Shown: positions 8,801 through 17,540 of the stretch, one piece after another | How positions within the stretch are numbered: position 1 is the stretch's first letter | Layout: each line of letters opens with the position of its first letter | From: an uncultured Planctomycetaceae bacterium | GTDB lineage: Bacteria; Planctomycetota; Planctomycetia; Planctomycetales; Planctomycetaceae | Assembly (NCBI GenBank): GCA_963977705.1 | Contig: CAXBSH010000001.1 | Coordinates: 1-58,302 of the forward strand | DNA length: 58,302 nt | Direction: 5' to 3' | Notes under the pieces: generated by a model | Databases searched by the model: none | Seen by the model: only the letters and a program-made list of their open reading frames with translations | Told to the model about the DNA's origin: nothing | Made by a program: the position numbers and the translations under genes

Positions 8801-11278
8801 CGCCAGTGTTGCCGGCGGAATCCAGATGGGATGTTCGATCACGAACCGGTACATGTCCACGATCCAGACTGCACCGTCGGGTGCGGTGCGAGCCTGGACA
8901 GGTCGAAACCACGGATCGCGTGATGCCAGAAATTCCTGCTGCTGTTCTGACTCGGGGCGACGACTTGAGAATGTGGATCCGTTCTGCGTCAGAAGTTGTC
9001 TGTAGACGAGATTATTCACAGGCTCGCAGGTCAACGTACAACCGGTGACTGCGTCTCCTTCCAGCAAGTCTCGGTAGATTCCGAGGCCACAGGCGGCGGT
9101 GGAGCGTCCAGGTGGGCCGGAGAGTGCAAATAGTGTCTGGCTGGAGATCGGATAGAGGCGGCCGGGTTGGGGTTCCGCAAGAAGACTGACTGTGGTGCGT
9201 GCAGCGGCAAGACGTGGATTGCGGCGCAGATAGTGATCCTGCAGAGGATAGTGCAGCAGTGGTTCCGTATTATCGCAACCGAACCAGTCACCAAAGTCAT
9301 TGCGGACTCGTCCCTGCTGTGTGGACCCGGACGCCGGTTCAAGTACACCAGTGTCGGGATTGCAGCGGAAGTCTCGTTGTCCAAGCTCGACAACCCTGCC
9401 GGTTTTCTGACAGGTAATTGTTCCGCCGAATAATCCGCAGCTGCCGTACAGCCATCCATCGAGGCCATATTCAAGACTGTTGACTCGGGCCTGATAATTG
9501 TGGGTGGCAAACCCTGACCAGAGCTTGACCACGTCGTCAGCATGGCCGTCCCCATTATGGTCTTTAGCCCAGAGGATATCCGGGGCCGCACAGATCAGCA
9601 GGCCGTCCCTCCAGACTGTGACTCCGGTTGGAAATGGCAGGCCATCGAGGAACACCTGTGAGTGGTCCAGCTGACCATCGCCATTTGTGTCAGTCAGGCG
9701 TCGAATTGTTCCGGAGATACCGGCTTCCGGTCCTCCCTGTGGATAATCGCGCATCTCAGCAACCCAGACGCAGCCATCGGGGCCGAATGTGACAGCAACC
9801 GGACTTTGTATCAGCGGTTCGGCGGCGACAAGTTCGGCGATCAGGCCTGGAGCCGTCTGCAGACTCTGCAGGGCCTGTTGTGGATCAAGCGGGGCAGTTC
9901 CGCCGGTGCGTGTCGTATCAAGCGAACTTCGTGCAGTCTGGAACGATGGTCCAATCAATTGTCTTCCGACTGCAGAAATGAGCTGTTCTTCGAGGCCCGG
10001 AGCCCAAGGGCCGGGAATGTCATAATAGACAGTTGCGCTGCCACCCTCGTACCCGCCTTCCTGGAGGACGCGTTCAGACGGGACGTACCCCGGGCAGGCA
10101 TTGGAATATGCCGCGATCCAAAGTGATTGATCGGGAAGTTCACGAAGTAATCGCAGTGAATAATCAGCAACTGCCTCACCGGGCAAAAACACCATAGCCA
10201 TTCGATCATCGAAGCGGATTGTCTGAATGGGTACAGGTATTTCTGTGGGCAGTGGTGTACCGGCAGCAAGTCGCTGCAACTGCACGCGGGCATGGTGTCC
10301 AACGGCATTATCTGCTGTGGCTCGACGTTCCCATTCACTGCGATCCGGCAGTGGAGCAAGCTTGAGCGAAATATGTTCGAGTGTTGAGCGAGGAACCGCA
10401 GCGATGGTCTGGAGGCCAGCCTGCACGGTCTTTTGTACGGCTTGAGCGAGTTCCAGTCCGAGGCTGTCGGCAACATCAGCGCGATCACCCAGCACTCCAC
10501 CGCGAGGATTGGCATCTGCTCCGCAGCCTATGGCAATCATGGGCTGGCAGGACGGGTAAAGACGCTGAAGGTGTTCGGCAGCATAGCCAGCCCAGTCGCC
10601 GCTGACGAGGTTATCACTCAGTGTGACACAATGGCAGGCGTATGATACGAGTACAGACCGCAGTGTTCCGTCGGGTGAGTGAACGGCGAGCAGTGGCAGT
10701 CGGTGATCGACGGGACCACGTGGCGTCCTGCGATTTTCAGCGAAACCGACTGTTCCGATACCCCACGAAAGGACCGCAGGTTGCCGATTGCGAAATGCGG
10801 AAACAGCAGCATCCACAAGTTGCTTTTCAAGGAAGGCTGTATAGGCGACGATTCTTTGCCAGTGATCTGCGGGTATGGGGGTTCCGAAGAGCGTATTGGC
10901 GCATCCGACAATCATTGGGGCGCTGTGTGTATGCGTTGCACAGATTGCCAGATTCTCACGAGGAATCTGAGTTTTTTGTGCGACATTCTGCCAGACACGC
11001 TGAGAAAGCTCATCAGGAATACCGAGTGTATCCACGGTCAGGATAATGACAGTATCGGAGGCCGTTCTGCCGCAGGCCAGAGCACGGGCAAACAGGCGTT
11101 GCCGGATCCCCTGCGACTCCTGACGGCGACCACCAAATCCATTCAGTCTGATTGGTTCTGCTGGAGTGATATCGACAGTAGCAGTGCCTGCCAGCAGGGG
11201 GCTGTTTTCATCTGCTGACATGCAGCAGTTCTGAAACACAAGGGTCAGCAGCAGAGTCGTCAGGCTGATGATTTTCAC
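5807..11278 (-). CDS. 1823-aa exported multidomain protein: neutral/alkaline ceramidase-like N-domain + PVC-type membrane-bound-dehydrogenase (beta-propeller) domain + HEAT repeats + CxxCH haem-binding domain + beta-sandwich-like domain + HEAT repeats
   Basis: GTG start at 11278 with GGAG upstream; signal peptide 'MKIISLTTLLLTLVFQNCC'. Ceramidase-type motifs 'RLNGFGGRRQESQGIRQRLFARAL' and 'CATHTHSAP' lie in aa 25-445. 'ELVAAEPLIQSPVAVTFGPDGCVWVAEMRDYP' matches the paralogue at 54388-57399. CSACH lies at 7466-7480, followed by '...LMPEGLE' as in the paralogue. Confidence 0.9.
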   Translation of the reverse strand: MKIISLTTLLLTLVFQNCCMSADENSPLLAGTATVDITPAEPIRLNGFGGRRQESQGIRQRLFARALACGRTASDTVIILTVDTLGIPDELSQRVWQNVAQKTQIPRENLAICATHTHSAPMIVGCANTLFGTPIPADHWQRIVAYTAFLEKQLVDAAVSAFRNRQPAVLSWGIGTVGFAENRRTPRGPVDHRLPLLAVHSPDGTLRSVLVSYACHCVTLSDNLVSGDWAGYAAEHLQRLYPSCQPMIAIGCGADANPRGGVLGDRADVADSLGLELAQAVQKTVQAGLQTIAAVPRSTLEHISLKLAPLPDRSEWERRATADNAVGHHARVQLQRLAAGTPLPTEIPVPIQTIRFDDRMAMVFLPGEAVADYSLRLLRELPDQSLWIAAYSNACPGYVPSERVLQEGGYEGGSATVYYDIPGPWAPGLEEQLISAVGRQLIGPSFQTARSSLDTTRTGGTAPLDPQQALQSLQTAPGLIAELVAAEPLIQSPVAVTFGPDGCVWVAEMRDYPQGGPEAGISGTIRRLTDTNGDGQLDHSQVFLDGLPFPTGVTVWRDGLLICAAPDILWAKDHNGDGHADDVVKLWSGFATHNYQARVNSLEYGLDGWLYGSCGLFGGTITCQKTGRVVELGQRDFRCNPDTGVLEPASGSTQQGRVRNDFGDWFGCDNTEPLLHYPLQDHYLRRNPRLAAARTTVSLLAEPQPGRLYPISSQTLFALSGPPGRSTAACGLGIYRDLLEGDAVTGCTLTCEPVNNLVYRQLLTQNGSTFSSRRPESEQQQEFLASRDPWFRPVQARTAPDGAVWIVDMYRFVIEHPIWIPPATLAELDTRAGADRGRIYRIRPKAAELRTVQDLTKLQGTELAAAMGSPNGTVRDLVQQLILWNSDLTAAGALETLLQHTLPAVRLQAASTLACLNRLSEAAAVRLLQDPDPQVRRHAIRLCEPWLPDSTAAATAITALRNDQSQVVRMQLACTAGLLPSAQAGEVLADILGDPDSDSFLLSAAQSSLNSDNILPVLHRLRGSNAAAPHQLLQQAIAITADDSARTLLQDLLQTADLTPNSSNLTAATSALRGWLQRKQAIEPRQLEPLQSLLRNCERLSVDAHNEIETRIAATRLLGAAAGVQIDSGPALVRLLTPQTPLPLQKVAAEELLLSRQPDLAREMLSDWNSKSPEIRGVLLTGFLQRDEWTQTVLQSLKSRQLNPGELSVLQKQQLLSHSTAAIREMALSVLETPSEDSRARLIQKYSSEMRQPGDPANGPDIFRKHCSACHKIRDIGNEVGPDITAWGARPVEALLQAVLDPNLAVDPRYQGYAILLTDGRSLNGLIRDETDNSLSLLAAEGRSSLLLRTDIELIRSTARSLMPEGLEQNLTPVDLNHLYAWLRTLRSPPRTFEGNQPQVIDIPQSGNGLLNAATAEIYGTEILFERPFENIGYWHGPEDHVRWQLRSSIAREFTVWAEWACHPDSAENPVIIETSAGRLRASVQSTGGWDRYQLQRLGTVLIPVGDSDLIVRPESDPRNALADLRAIHLVADDGVPLARGMTAKTVPLPDTPAGLAAWLLNDSLPQSDREAAVGPTLQIAPQILPLLTAELPDTAGSSEEYRRIPWIWRVAIAAGKSAQDDLILSLLEKSLPDRNDRLEHWQAVVIGGGLINGITLAGRWPQDVLTAARLSDRGLLERWNTALHLADQMLRDDNVPTGTRYDALRMIALLPEQQAISGIQPWLKSDVHPELQMGAVSGLGDIQNPTATAALIQHYPGLTPENQQLAVNAMTRSHVRSLQLLEALKTGTLPPEVGRIEAVRKLLDSDNPAVRKAAGEILRPAP

Positions 11279-11505
11279 GGATTACTCCAGCCGGGTTGCC
11301 TGTGATGATCTGGATTGCATGCAATACCGTACGTTCTCGACGAAAATCGTTCGAGTTGCAACTCCGCAACGATGGCGATGACGACCGGAACCGGATTTGC
11401 CAGTGTGTGAAATTCTTCATCGGAGATTAAGGTGACATCTGTAGACTCAGGACGTAATTGACGGCGGATATTTTCCAAAGGTGCGGCAAGCGAGGAGTGG
11501 GCCAG

Positions 11506-12807
11506 ATGAAGACAGGCAGAAGTTCGTGGTGGAATCTGGTGACATTTCTGAGTCTGATCGGTCTGAGTTTACTGTCGTCGGCCTCTGTGAAGGCTCAGGA
11601 GTGGGCCAGGTTTCGGGGCGTGAATGGCGGTGGTCAGAGTTCCGTTGGCGACCTGCCGACTCGCTGGAGTGAGTCTGAGAATCTGGTATGGAAGCTGGAT
11701 CTTCCGGGTGAGGGGTCTTCAAGTCCGGTCATTGGAGGAGATCGTATTTTTGTCACCTGCAGCTCGGCTCCAGCGGGCGATCGCAGATTCCCAAAGCGGC
11801 TTCTGGTGTGTGTTGATGCGGTCAATGGGAAGGTGTTGTGGTCTGCCGAGGCACCTGATCCAGAGCGGGAAGACCCGGCACAGGGTTATCTTCTTGAGCA
11901 CGGTTATGCCAGCAACTCTGCGGCCACAGACGGTCGGGCGGTCTATGCATTCTTCGGCAAATCAGGGGTGGCCGCCTACGACATGGATGGCAGGAAACTG
12001 TGGGAGGTGAGTGTGGGTTCAGAGTCTTCAAATCGGCAGTGGGGCTCGGCGGCCAGCGTGATGCTGCTCGATGAGTTTGTGATTATTAATGCGGCTGAAG
12101 AGGGAAGGGCCGTGTTGGCACTGCATCGCGATGACGGGCGAGTTGTCTGGAAAGCAGAGGCGACGGCTCTTGAACTGGCATATGGGACACCGGCGCAACT
12201 GAAATATGACGATGGTCGAACTGAGTTGATTCTGGCGGTACCTGGAGAAGTCTGGGGGCTGAATGCAGCTACAGGAAAGCTCAATTGGTTTGCCGAAACG
12301 CAGTTGACGGGAAATGTGTGCCCAAGTCCTTTGGTGGTGGGTTCAGACATCTTTATTTTTGGGGGCTTTCGTTCGTCGGGAAGTTACTGCCTGCGATCTG
12401 GTGGCAAGGGCGATATCACCGGAACTCACGTGCGCTGGCAGAGTCGATCCAGTTCGTATGTGGCGACCCCGGTGCATGTTGACGGACGGTTGTACTGGGC
12501 TGATGACCAGGGGATTGCCTGGTGTCTGCGAGCAGATACCGGTGCAACCGTGTATCGGGAGCGGATTCCTGATCTGCGAGCGGGCGGTAGGCCGGTATAT
12601 GCTTCGCCGATCGTTGCTGGTGGACGAATCTATGTGCCAACCCGTCGTGACGGAACGCTGGTAATTCCGGCAGAGGAAACATTTTCAGTACTTGCTGTCA
12701 ATCGGATTGCCGGGGACGACACAGACTTCAATGCAACTCCGGCTGTCCATGCAAATCGTCTGATTCTGCGCTCGAACAGGGCGCTGTATGCGATTGGCGG
12801 TAAGTGA
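11506..12807 (+). CDS. PQQ-like/BamB-like beta-propeller repeat protein, exported
   Basis: 433 aa from ATG 11506 with AGGAG upstream. Signal peptide 'MKTGRSSWWNLVTFLSLIGLSLLSSASVKA'. Recurring blade motifs: 'SSPVIGGDRIFV', 'ATPVHVDGRLYW', 'ASPIVAGGRIYV' and 'ATPAVHANRLIL'. Confidence 0.8.
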   Translation: MKTGRSSWWNLVTFLSLIGLSLLSSASVKAQEWARFRGVNGGGQSSVGDLPTRWSESENLVWKLDLPGEGSSSPVIGGDRIFVTCSSAPAGDRRFPKRLLVCVDAVNGKVLWSAEAPDPEREDPAQGYLLEHGYASNSAATDGRAVYAFFGKSGVAAYDMDGRKLWEVSVGSESSNRQWGSAASVMLLDEFVIINAAEEGRAVLALHRDDGRVVWKAEATALELAYGTPAQLKYDDGRTELILAVPGEVWGLNAATGKLNWFAETQLTGNVCPSPLVVGSDIFIFGGFRSSGSYCLRSGGKGDITGTHVRWQSRSSSYVATPVHVDGRLYWADDQGIAWCLRADTGATVYRERIPDLRAGGRPVYASPIVAGGRIYVPTRRDGTLVIPAEETFSVLAVNRIAGDDTDFNATPAVHANRLILRSNRALYAIGGK

Positions 12808-12811
12808 TGCA

Positions 12812-13549
12812 TCAGGATGGTGGTGGTTGTAGCGTGTCTGCTGCCGCCACCGTTTGCCACTGATATTGAAACAGTTGCAGTTCAGTCTCAAAGAGCGCCT
12901 CGATGGTCTGTCTGTCCTGTTCTGCCAGTAATTGCGAATAATGCAACCCCGGCGGTCGCAGTCCGCTTTTCGCCAGTGGAAGTTGCAGTGGTTCGGGGAT
13001 TCCGAGTTGCAGGCGCACGGCCTCCAGTTCTTCAGAAAGACTTTCATATCTAAGGACTCGATTGACCAGCAGTTGTCCATTGCTGGCTGTATAGATCTGC
13101 CTTCCGCGCTGAATCAGCAGTTGGATACGGGCAGACTGCAGGAATTCGCTGATACAGGGGCGGTGTCCCTTACGGCAGCACCAGTAGTAGAGTGAGATTA
13201 CGCGATCGAACGGATTGCGCTCGACACAGAAGCGGAAGTAGGACTGCCACGTGTGCTCTCCGACGAGTGAGCGGACTTCTGTGGCCGGCATATGGTGGTA
13301 GAACGCGGGTTTCCTCAGGCAATTCAGCATTGTTTTCAGTGATTTCCCGGAAGTTCCCGGGGGGTGCCGATAGTTCTGTGGTCCGACTCCTCCGCTCTGT
13401 TTTCGCAGCAGTTCGTCATCAGCGGATACGGGGGTGATAATGTCGTCTGGTCCGAGGAATTTTGAGAGAGCAATTTCGATACTGGTACCGGCGGTTTTGG
13501 CCGTCTTCAGAAAGATGAAGCGATATCGATGTGAAACGATCACCAGCAT
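12812..13549 (-). CDS. sulfotransferase (family-2-like)
   Basis: 245 aa. The N-terminal 'HRYRFIFLKTAKTAGTSIEIALS' is the PAPS 5'-phosphosulfate-binding loop typical of this family. Confidence 0.75.
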   Translation of the reverse strand: MLVIVSHRYRFIFLKTAKTAGTSIEIALSKFLGPDDIITPVSADDELLRKQSGGVGPQNYRHPPGTSGKSLKTMLNCLRKPAFYHHMPATEVRSLVGEHTWQSYFRFCVERNPFDRVISLYYWCCRKGHRPCISEFLQSARIQLLIQRGRQIYTASNGQLLVNRVLRYESLSEELEAVRLQLGIPEPLQLPLAKSGLRPPGLHYSQLLAEQDRQTIEALFETELQLFQYQWQTVAAADTLQPPPS

Positions 13550-13563
13550 CGTCTCCAGGTGAT

Positions 13564-14394
13564 TCAGGCTGCAACCTGATCGGGGCCATATCCCATGTCA
13601 GCAAGAATGGCGGCCAGTTGTGGTAATTCGTTGTGAATCTGAGTCAGCCTCGCTGAGTGTTCTGCTGAATTCCATGCATTGATCCGTGATGTTTCCGTCG
13701 GTCGCAGTCCATTGAGTGCACGGAGGTCGAAGTCACGTGGTACATGAGCCAGATAATCATCGAAACTGCTGGCTGTATCGAGCCCCGCAAATTGGCAAAT
13801 CCGGGCCTGGATTGTTTGTGGACTGCTGACCAGCATTTCATAGCTGACTGGCAGCACGTCAGCGCGTGATCGTGACCAGTTCCAGTGCTGATAAAAGTGC
13901 AGCCAGTCGTGGCAACTGAGGTAGTATTGAGAGGGGGCTGAAAAGTGTTTTGATGTCAGTACCGACCTCGGATCTCGATGCATCAGCAGAAAGCAGACAC
14001 GGGACCCGTTCAGCTGATGCCAGTCAGCAATTTCGGGTATCAGAAAAACGTCTTTGGGGCGTTTCGTGAGAATCGTTGCATGTGTTCGGGGACCACAGGC
14101 AGCAATTTCAAGTGCTCGTCGTTCTTTCCCGAATGAGCCGATGTCTTTGATACAGGACTCGATCAGCAATTGCAGCAGCGTAGTCCCACTGCGTGGGAAA
14201 CCGCAGATAACGATCTGCTTCCGGAGTGGGATTCCGTGAAGTCGTCCCTGATCTTTCTGTCGAGCAAGCCAGCGAAAAGCCGGCTGCAGCAGCGTTTTGG
14301 GGAATTGAAACGTGGGTCGGCGTCTGGCAAGTGGCTCCGGGGGAAAATCCGGACGGGAATTGATCAACAGCCGGTCATTCGCGGGGCAATTCAT
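13564..14394 (-). CDS. sulfotransferase (Sulfotransfer_1/3-like)
   Basis: 276 aa. 5'-PSB motif 'ICGFPRSGTTLLQLLI' and 3'-PB-like motif 'LLMHRDPRSVLTSKH'. Confidence 0.78.
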   Translation of the reverse strand: MNCPANDRLLINSRPDFPPEPLARRRPTFQFPKTLLQPAFRWLARQKDQGRLHGIPLRKQIVICGFPRSGTTLLQLLIESCIKDIGSFGKERRALEIAACGPRTHATILTKRPKDVFLIPEIADWHQLNGSRVCFLLMHRDPRSVLTSKHFSAPSQYYLSCHDWLHFYQHWNWSRSRADVLPVSYEMLVSSPQTIQARICQFAGLDTASSFDDYLAHVPRDFDLRALNGLRPTETSRINAWNSAEHSARLTQIHNELPQLAAILADMGYGPDQVAA

Positions 14395-15401
14395 GCCGGA
14401 GCTCCGGAGAGTGACTGACCTCTGCCGGGGCAGGGCAGGAAATCTACTTCATAGTTTCCACCACTGGTAAGTTCTGCACCGGGTTTTGGCTGTGTGGACA
14501 GCAGCAGTGATTCGAGCAGAGCGGCGCAGCGATCGCTCTCCGACCGAGTGGGGCAGGGAGGTCGTGTAACTGTTCGAGCAGTACAATCAGAGTCAGCGAA
14601 GCGTCCGGATCGCACAAGTCTGCACAGTTCCTGTGACAGGCGACCGGACCTGCGCAGTGGCAATCGAATGAGTGAGACGGAAGCCCCGGTACTAAGGGAC
14701 TCGTAAATCATGGACATGCTGTCGCAGGTGACGGCGATATGTGCGGACTCAGCCATTTTTTTCAGCAGCTGTTCAGCAGGCAGGATTCCGACGAAGGAAG
14801 CATTTGCTGATGGCAGATTGTACAGCAGGGCAGGCAAGCTGGTGGGAGTACGTCGGGATGCAGCGATCGTCCACGAGATCCCCGGTAGGGACACAAGCCT
14901 GCGAATTTCGGCCAGCACCAGCGGATCACTCCATTCGAAGTGTCTGGAGATACCACCAAGCAGCAGCAGGCCTGTGTCTGACAGCAATTGATCGGCTCCG
15001 CGTGCCCTGCTGAGTACTCCCTCAGTGCGATGAATACTGGGGGATTTCAGCCAGATCCGGTCATGCATGGGAACGAAGCAGGCATCGAACAGTCTGGCGG
15101 GCAGGCTGGGTTTCATCAATACAACCGTTTTTCCACCGAATCGATGGCGAGCTGCAAGCATTGGGAGGTGTGTGCTGTGTCCCGCACCAATTAACAGATG
15201 CGGCGGGTGTGCAGGAGTCATCAGCTGCAGCGACGGGGAGCGGAGTGCGCGCAGGCCTTGCAACTCAGGGGTAATCTGCAGATCGTGAAACAGGCAGGAA
15301 CGACGGCGAGCAAGTGATTCGGTCAGAGCCAGTACCTGGTTTTCGTGGCCCGTTCGTCCATCCAGAAAGCGCCAGATAACTGTAGTATCGGATGCAGGCA
15401 T
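14391..15401 (-). CDS. ELM1/GtrOC1-family putative glycosyltransferase
   Basis: 336 aa. The N-terminus 'VIWRFLDGRTGHENQVLALTESLA' resembles the conserved ELM1 (PF06258) start. Its stop overlaps the downstream sulfotransferase start by 4 nt (ATGA at 14391-14394). Confidence 0.65.
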   Translation of the reverse strand: MPASDTTVIWRFLDGRTGHENQVLALTESLARRRSCLFHDLQITPELQGLRALRSPSLQLMTPAHPPHLLIGAGHSTHLPMLAARHRFGGKTVVLMKPSLPARLFDACFVPMHDRIWLKSPSIHRTEGVLSRARGADQLLSDTGLLLLGGISRHFEWSDPLVLAEIRRLVSLPGISWTIAASRRTPTSLPALLYNLPSANASFVGILPAEQLLKKMAESAHIAVTCDSMSMIYESLSTGASVSLIRLPLRRSGRLSQELCRLVRSGRFADSDCTARTVTRPPCPTRSESDRCAALLESLLLSTQPKPGAELTSGGNYEVDFLPCPGRGQSLSGAPA

Positions 15402-15451
15402 GATTGCTGTTCCGAAATGGCTCCGGGCAGGTGCAGCCCTTGAATTGCAGG

Positions 15452-17458
15452 TTATGCAGCTCGAGTCTGAGGAATGTCAACCTGCAGCATATGCAGGACA
15501 GATGGAGCGTGTTGTTGCAGTTCTGCGACGGTACCTACAGCTCGCAGCTGACCATGTTCAAGTACGGCGATGCGGGTCACAAGGTCAAGAAACGCGCTAC
15601 TGAGTGAGTGTGTGATAATGAATACGGTCCTGCCGACAGCGAAGTCCTTCAGTACGGTATGGATGACATCTTCGCTGTGCGAATCGACAGCAGAGGTGGC
15701 TTCATCGAGGATCAGGATACTGGGGTTTCGCACGATTGCTCGGGCGAGTGCAATTCGTTGTCGCTGCCCACCTGACAGTCTGCCACCCTTTTCACCGATG
15801 ACTGTCTGGTAGCCCTCAGGCAACTGATTTATGAAGCCTGCCGCCTGGGCTTTTTCCGCTGCCTGATGGATCATTTCCGCGGTGGCAGTCGGGTTTCCGT
15901 AACGGATGTTTTCGTAGATTGTGTCGTTGAACAGGAAGGTTTCCTGAGTTACCAGTCCGATCTGACTACGCAGTTCTGATGTGCGCAGTTCGCGGATATC
16001 AACGCCATCAATCAGCACCTGACCTTCGGCTGGGTCCATAAACCTTGGCAGCAGACTGAGCAGAGTGGATTTCCCGGATCCATTGCCACCGACGACAGCG
16101 ATTACTTCTCCAAAACGAATATCGAGGCTGATATTTCTAAGAGCCAGCGGTCGGGGAATACCCTCTGTGTCCGTGCCTTCATACCGAAAACTGACGTTTT
16201 TGAAGGAAATCAGCGAGTTGTGCGGGATGAGCACACGAGGAGTTGCCGGTTCCGGAACAGTCGTTCGTTGATCAATCAGTCCAAAGACTCGTTCACAGCC
16301 AGCCATACCGCGTTTGATCTGTTCGAAGACACTGGACAGTTTTCGTACAGGATCGAGAGTGCCGGCAAGGAGTGCATAGAGTGTGGCCAGTTCGGCGATA
16401 CTCATGGGTTCAGCCGCCAACTGAATTCCGAGGATGGTATCAGTCTGTCGCAGCACGAGATAGGCACCGGGCGCGAGCGCAGCAAAGACGCAGAGCACGC
16501 CCATGGTTTCCGAGATGGGACGGGACAATGCACCCAGCATCACGATTTTCATGGAGCCAGTATAGTAATCACGATTGGCCTTCAAAAACTGCCGTCGATG
16601 CTTACGGAAACCCGAAAATGCAATCACGATGCGGGCGGCGCCAAAAGTTTCGGCAATGCACTCGTAGATCCGAGCCATGCTCTCCATGGTGCGATGAGAT
16701 GCGCGTCGCAGACGCTTGCCAAAGAAATTGAATACCAGTCCCAGCAGCGGGACCATAGTGACTGACAGCAATGCCAGTCGCCAGTTGACAAAAAACGCCC
16801 AGATGGTGCAGGCACCGGCCTTCAGCGGTTCACGAACGAGCGTGACACCGAACACACGAATGGCCTGCGTCATCTGTTCAATGTCATTGGTCATGCGTGA
16901 CATGAGGGACGGAGTGCCAATATTTCCGAGAGACTGAATATCCAGTCGCAACGCTGCTCGAAAACAATCCTGTCGAATGGCATTCACGGTAAGTTGTACG
17001 ATGCTGCCTACCAGTAATTCCTGAAAGTAGATGAACATCCCTTTGACGACGGTGGCCAGCAGCAGAATCGCAAGGATGGCTGCCATTGTGTCAAAGCGAT
17101 CCTGGGGTACCCATGGCAGAACAGAATTGCGAATCCGAGTCAGCATCAGAACGTAGCCGGACTGTTCCCCCATCAGATACTGAACGCGGGCCCGTCGTTT
17201 CACATCTGATTCGGGAAGCTTCTGCAGAGTGGCGGAATGTTCTGCAATTGTCGCCTGTCGCGCAGCAATTTCCTTATCCACGAATTCGTGGAGACTGTCG
17301 TTTTCAAACAGGACTTTTACGACGGGAAAGGCGAGTGAAAGATTCATCGCCCAGAATGCCGAGACGATCAGAGCACAGACAACGGAAAGCGTCACCAGCT
17401 TTCGATATCTGAATACGTACAGCGAAATTCGAACGTAGTTCTGCATCGATCCGTCCAT
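15452..17458 (-). CDS. ABC type-I exporter, fused permease/ATPase (MsbA/lipid flippase-like)
   Basis: 668 aa from ATG 17458 ('MDGSMQNYVRISLYVFRYRKLV...'). Six-TM N-domain, Walker A 'GGNGSGKSTLLSLL', signature 'LSGGQRQRIALARA' and Walker B 'ILILDEATSAVD'. The track ORF extends 101 codons further, to 17761, into the rhomboid gene; I reject that extension. Confidence 0.88.
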   Translation of the reverse strand: MDGSMQNYVRISLYVFRYRKLVTLSVVCALIVSAFWAMNLSLAFPVVKVLFENDSLHEFVDKEIAARQATIAEHSATLQKLPESDVKRRARVQYLMGEQSGYVLMLTRIRNSVLPWVPQDRFDTMAAILAILLLATVVKGMFIYFQELLVGSIVQLTVNAIRQDCFRAALRLDIQSLGNIGTPSLMSRMTNDIEQMTQAIRVFGVTLVREPLKAGACTIWAFFVNWRLALLSVTMVPLLGLVFNFFGKRLRRASHRTMESMARIYECIAETFGAARIVIAFSGFRKHRRQFLKANRDYYTGSMKIVMLGALSRPISETMGVLCVFAALAPGAYLVLRQTDTILGIQLAAEPMSIAELATLYALLAGTLDPVRKLSSVFEQIKRGMAGCERVFGLIDQRTTVPEPATPRVLIPHNSLISFKNVSFRYEGTDTEGIPRPLALRNISLDIRFGEVIAVVGGNGSGKSTLLSLLPRFMDPAEGQVLIDGVDIRELRTSELRSQIGLVTQETFLFNDTIYENIRYGNPTATAEMIHQAAEKAQAAGFINQLPEGYQTVIGEKGGRLSGGQRQRIALARAIVRNPSILILDEATSAVDSHSEDVIHTVLKDFAVGRTVFIITHSLSSAFLDLVTRIAVLEHGQLRAVGTVAELQQHAPSVLHMLQVDIPQTRAA

Positions 17459-17540
17459 GGTCGGCAATCCGTCAGCACCAATCCTGCTTTCTACGCCGGA
17501 TCTGCAGTTCAGGTCAAGGTCAAAGAGCCAGCCGCAGGAT

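Noticed and set aside
11314-11325. A perfect 12-bp palindrome ATTGCATGCAAT in the divergent promoter region between the 1823-aa gene and the PQQ-propeller gene.
   Set aside because: A 12-bp perfect palindrome is expected about 14 times by chance in 58 kb (58,000/4^6). It is not significant on its own.
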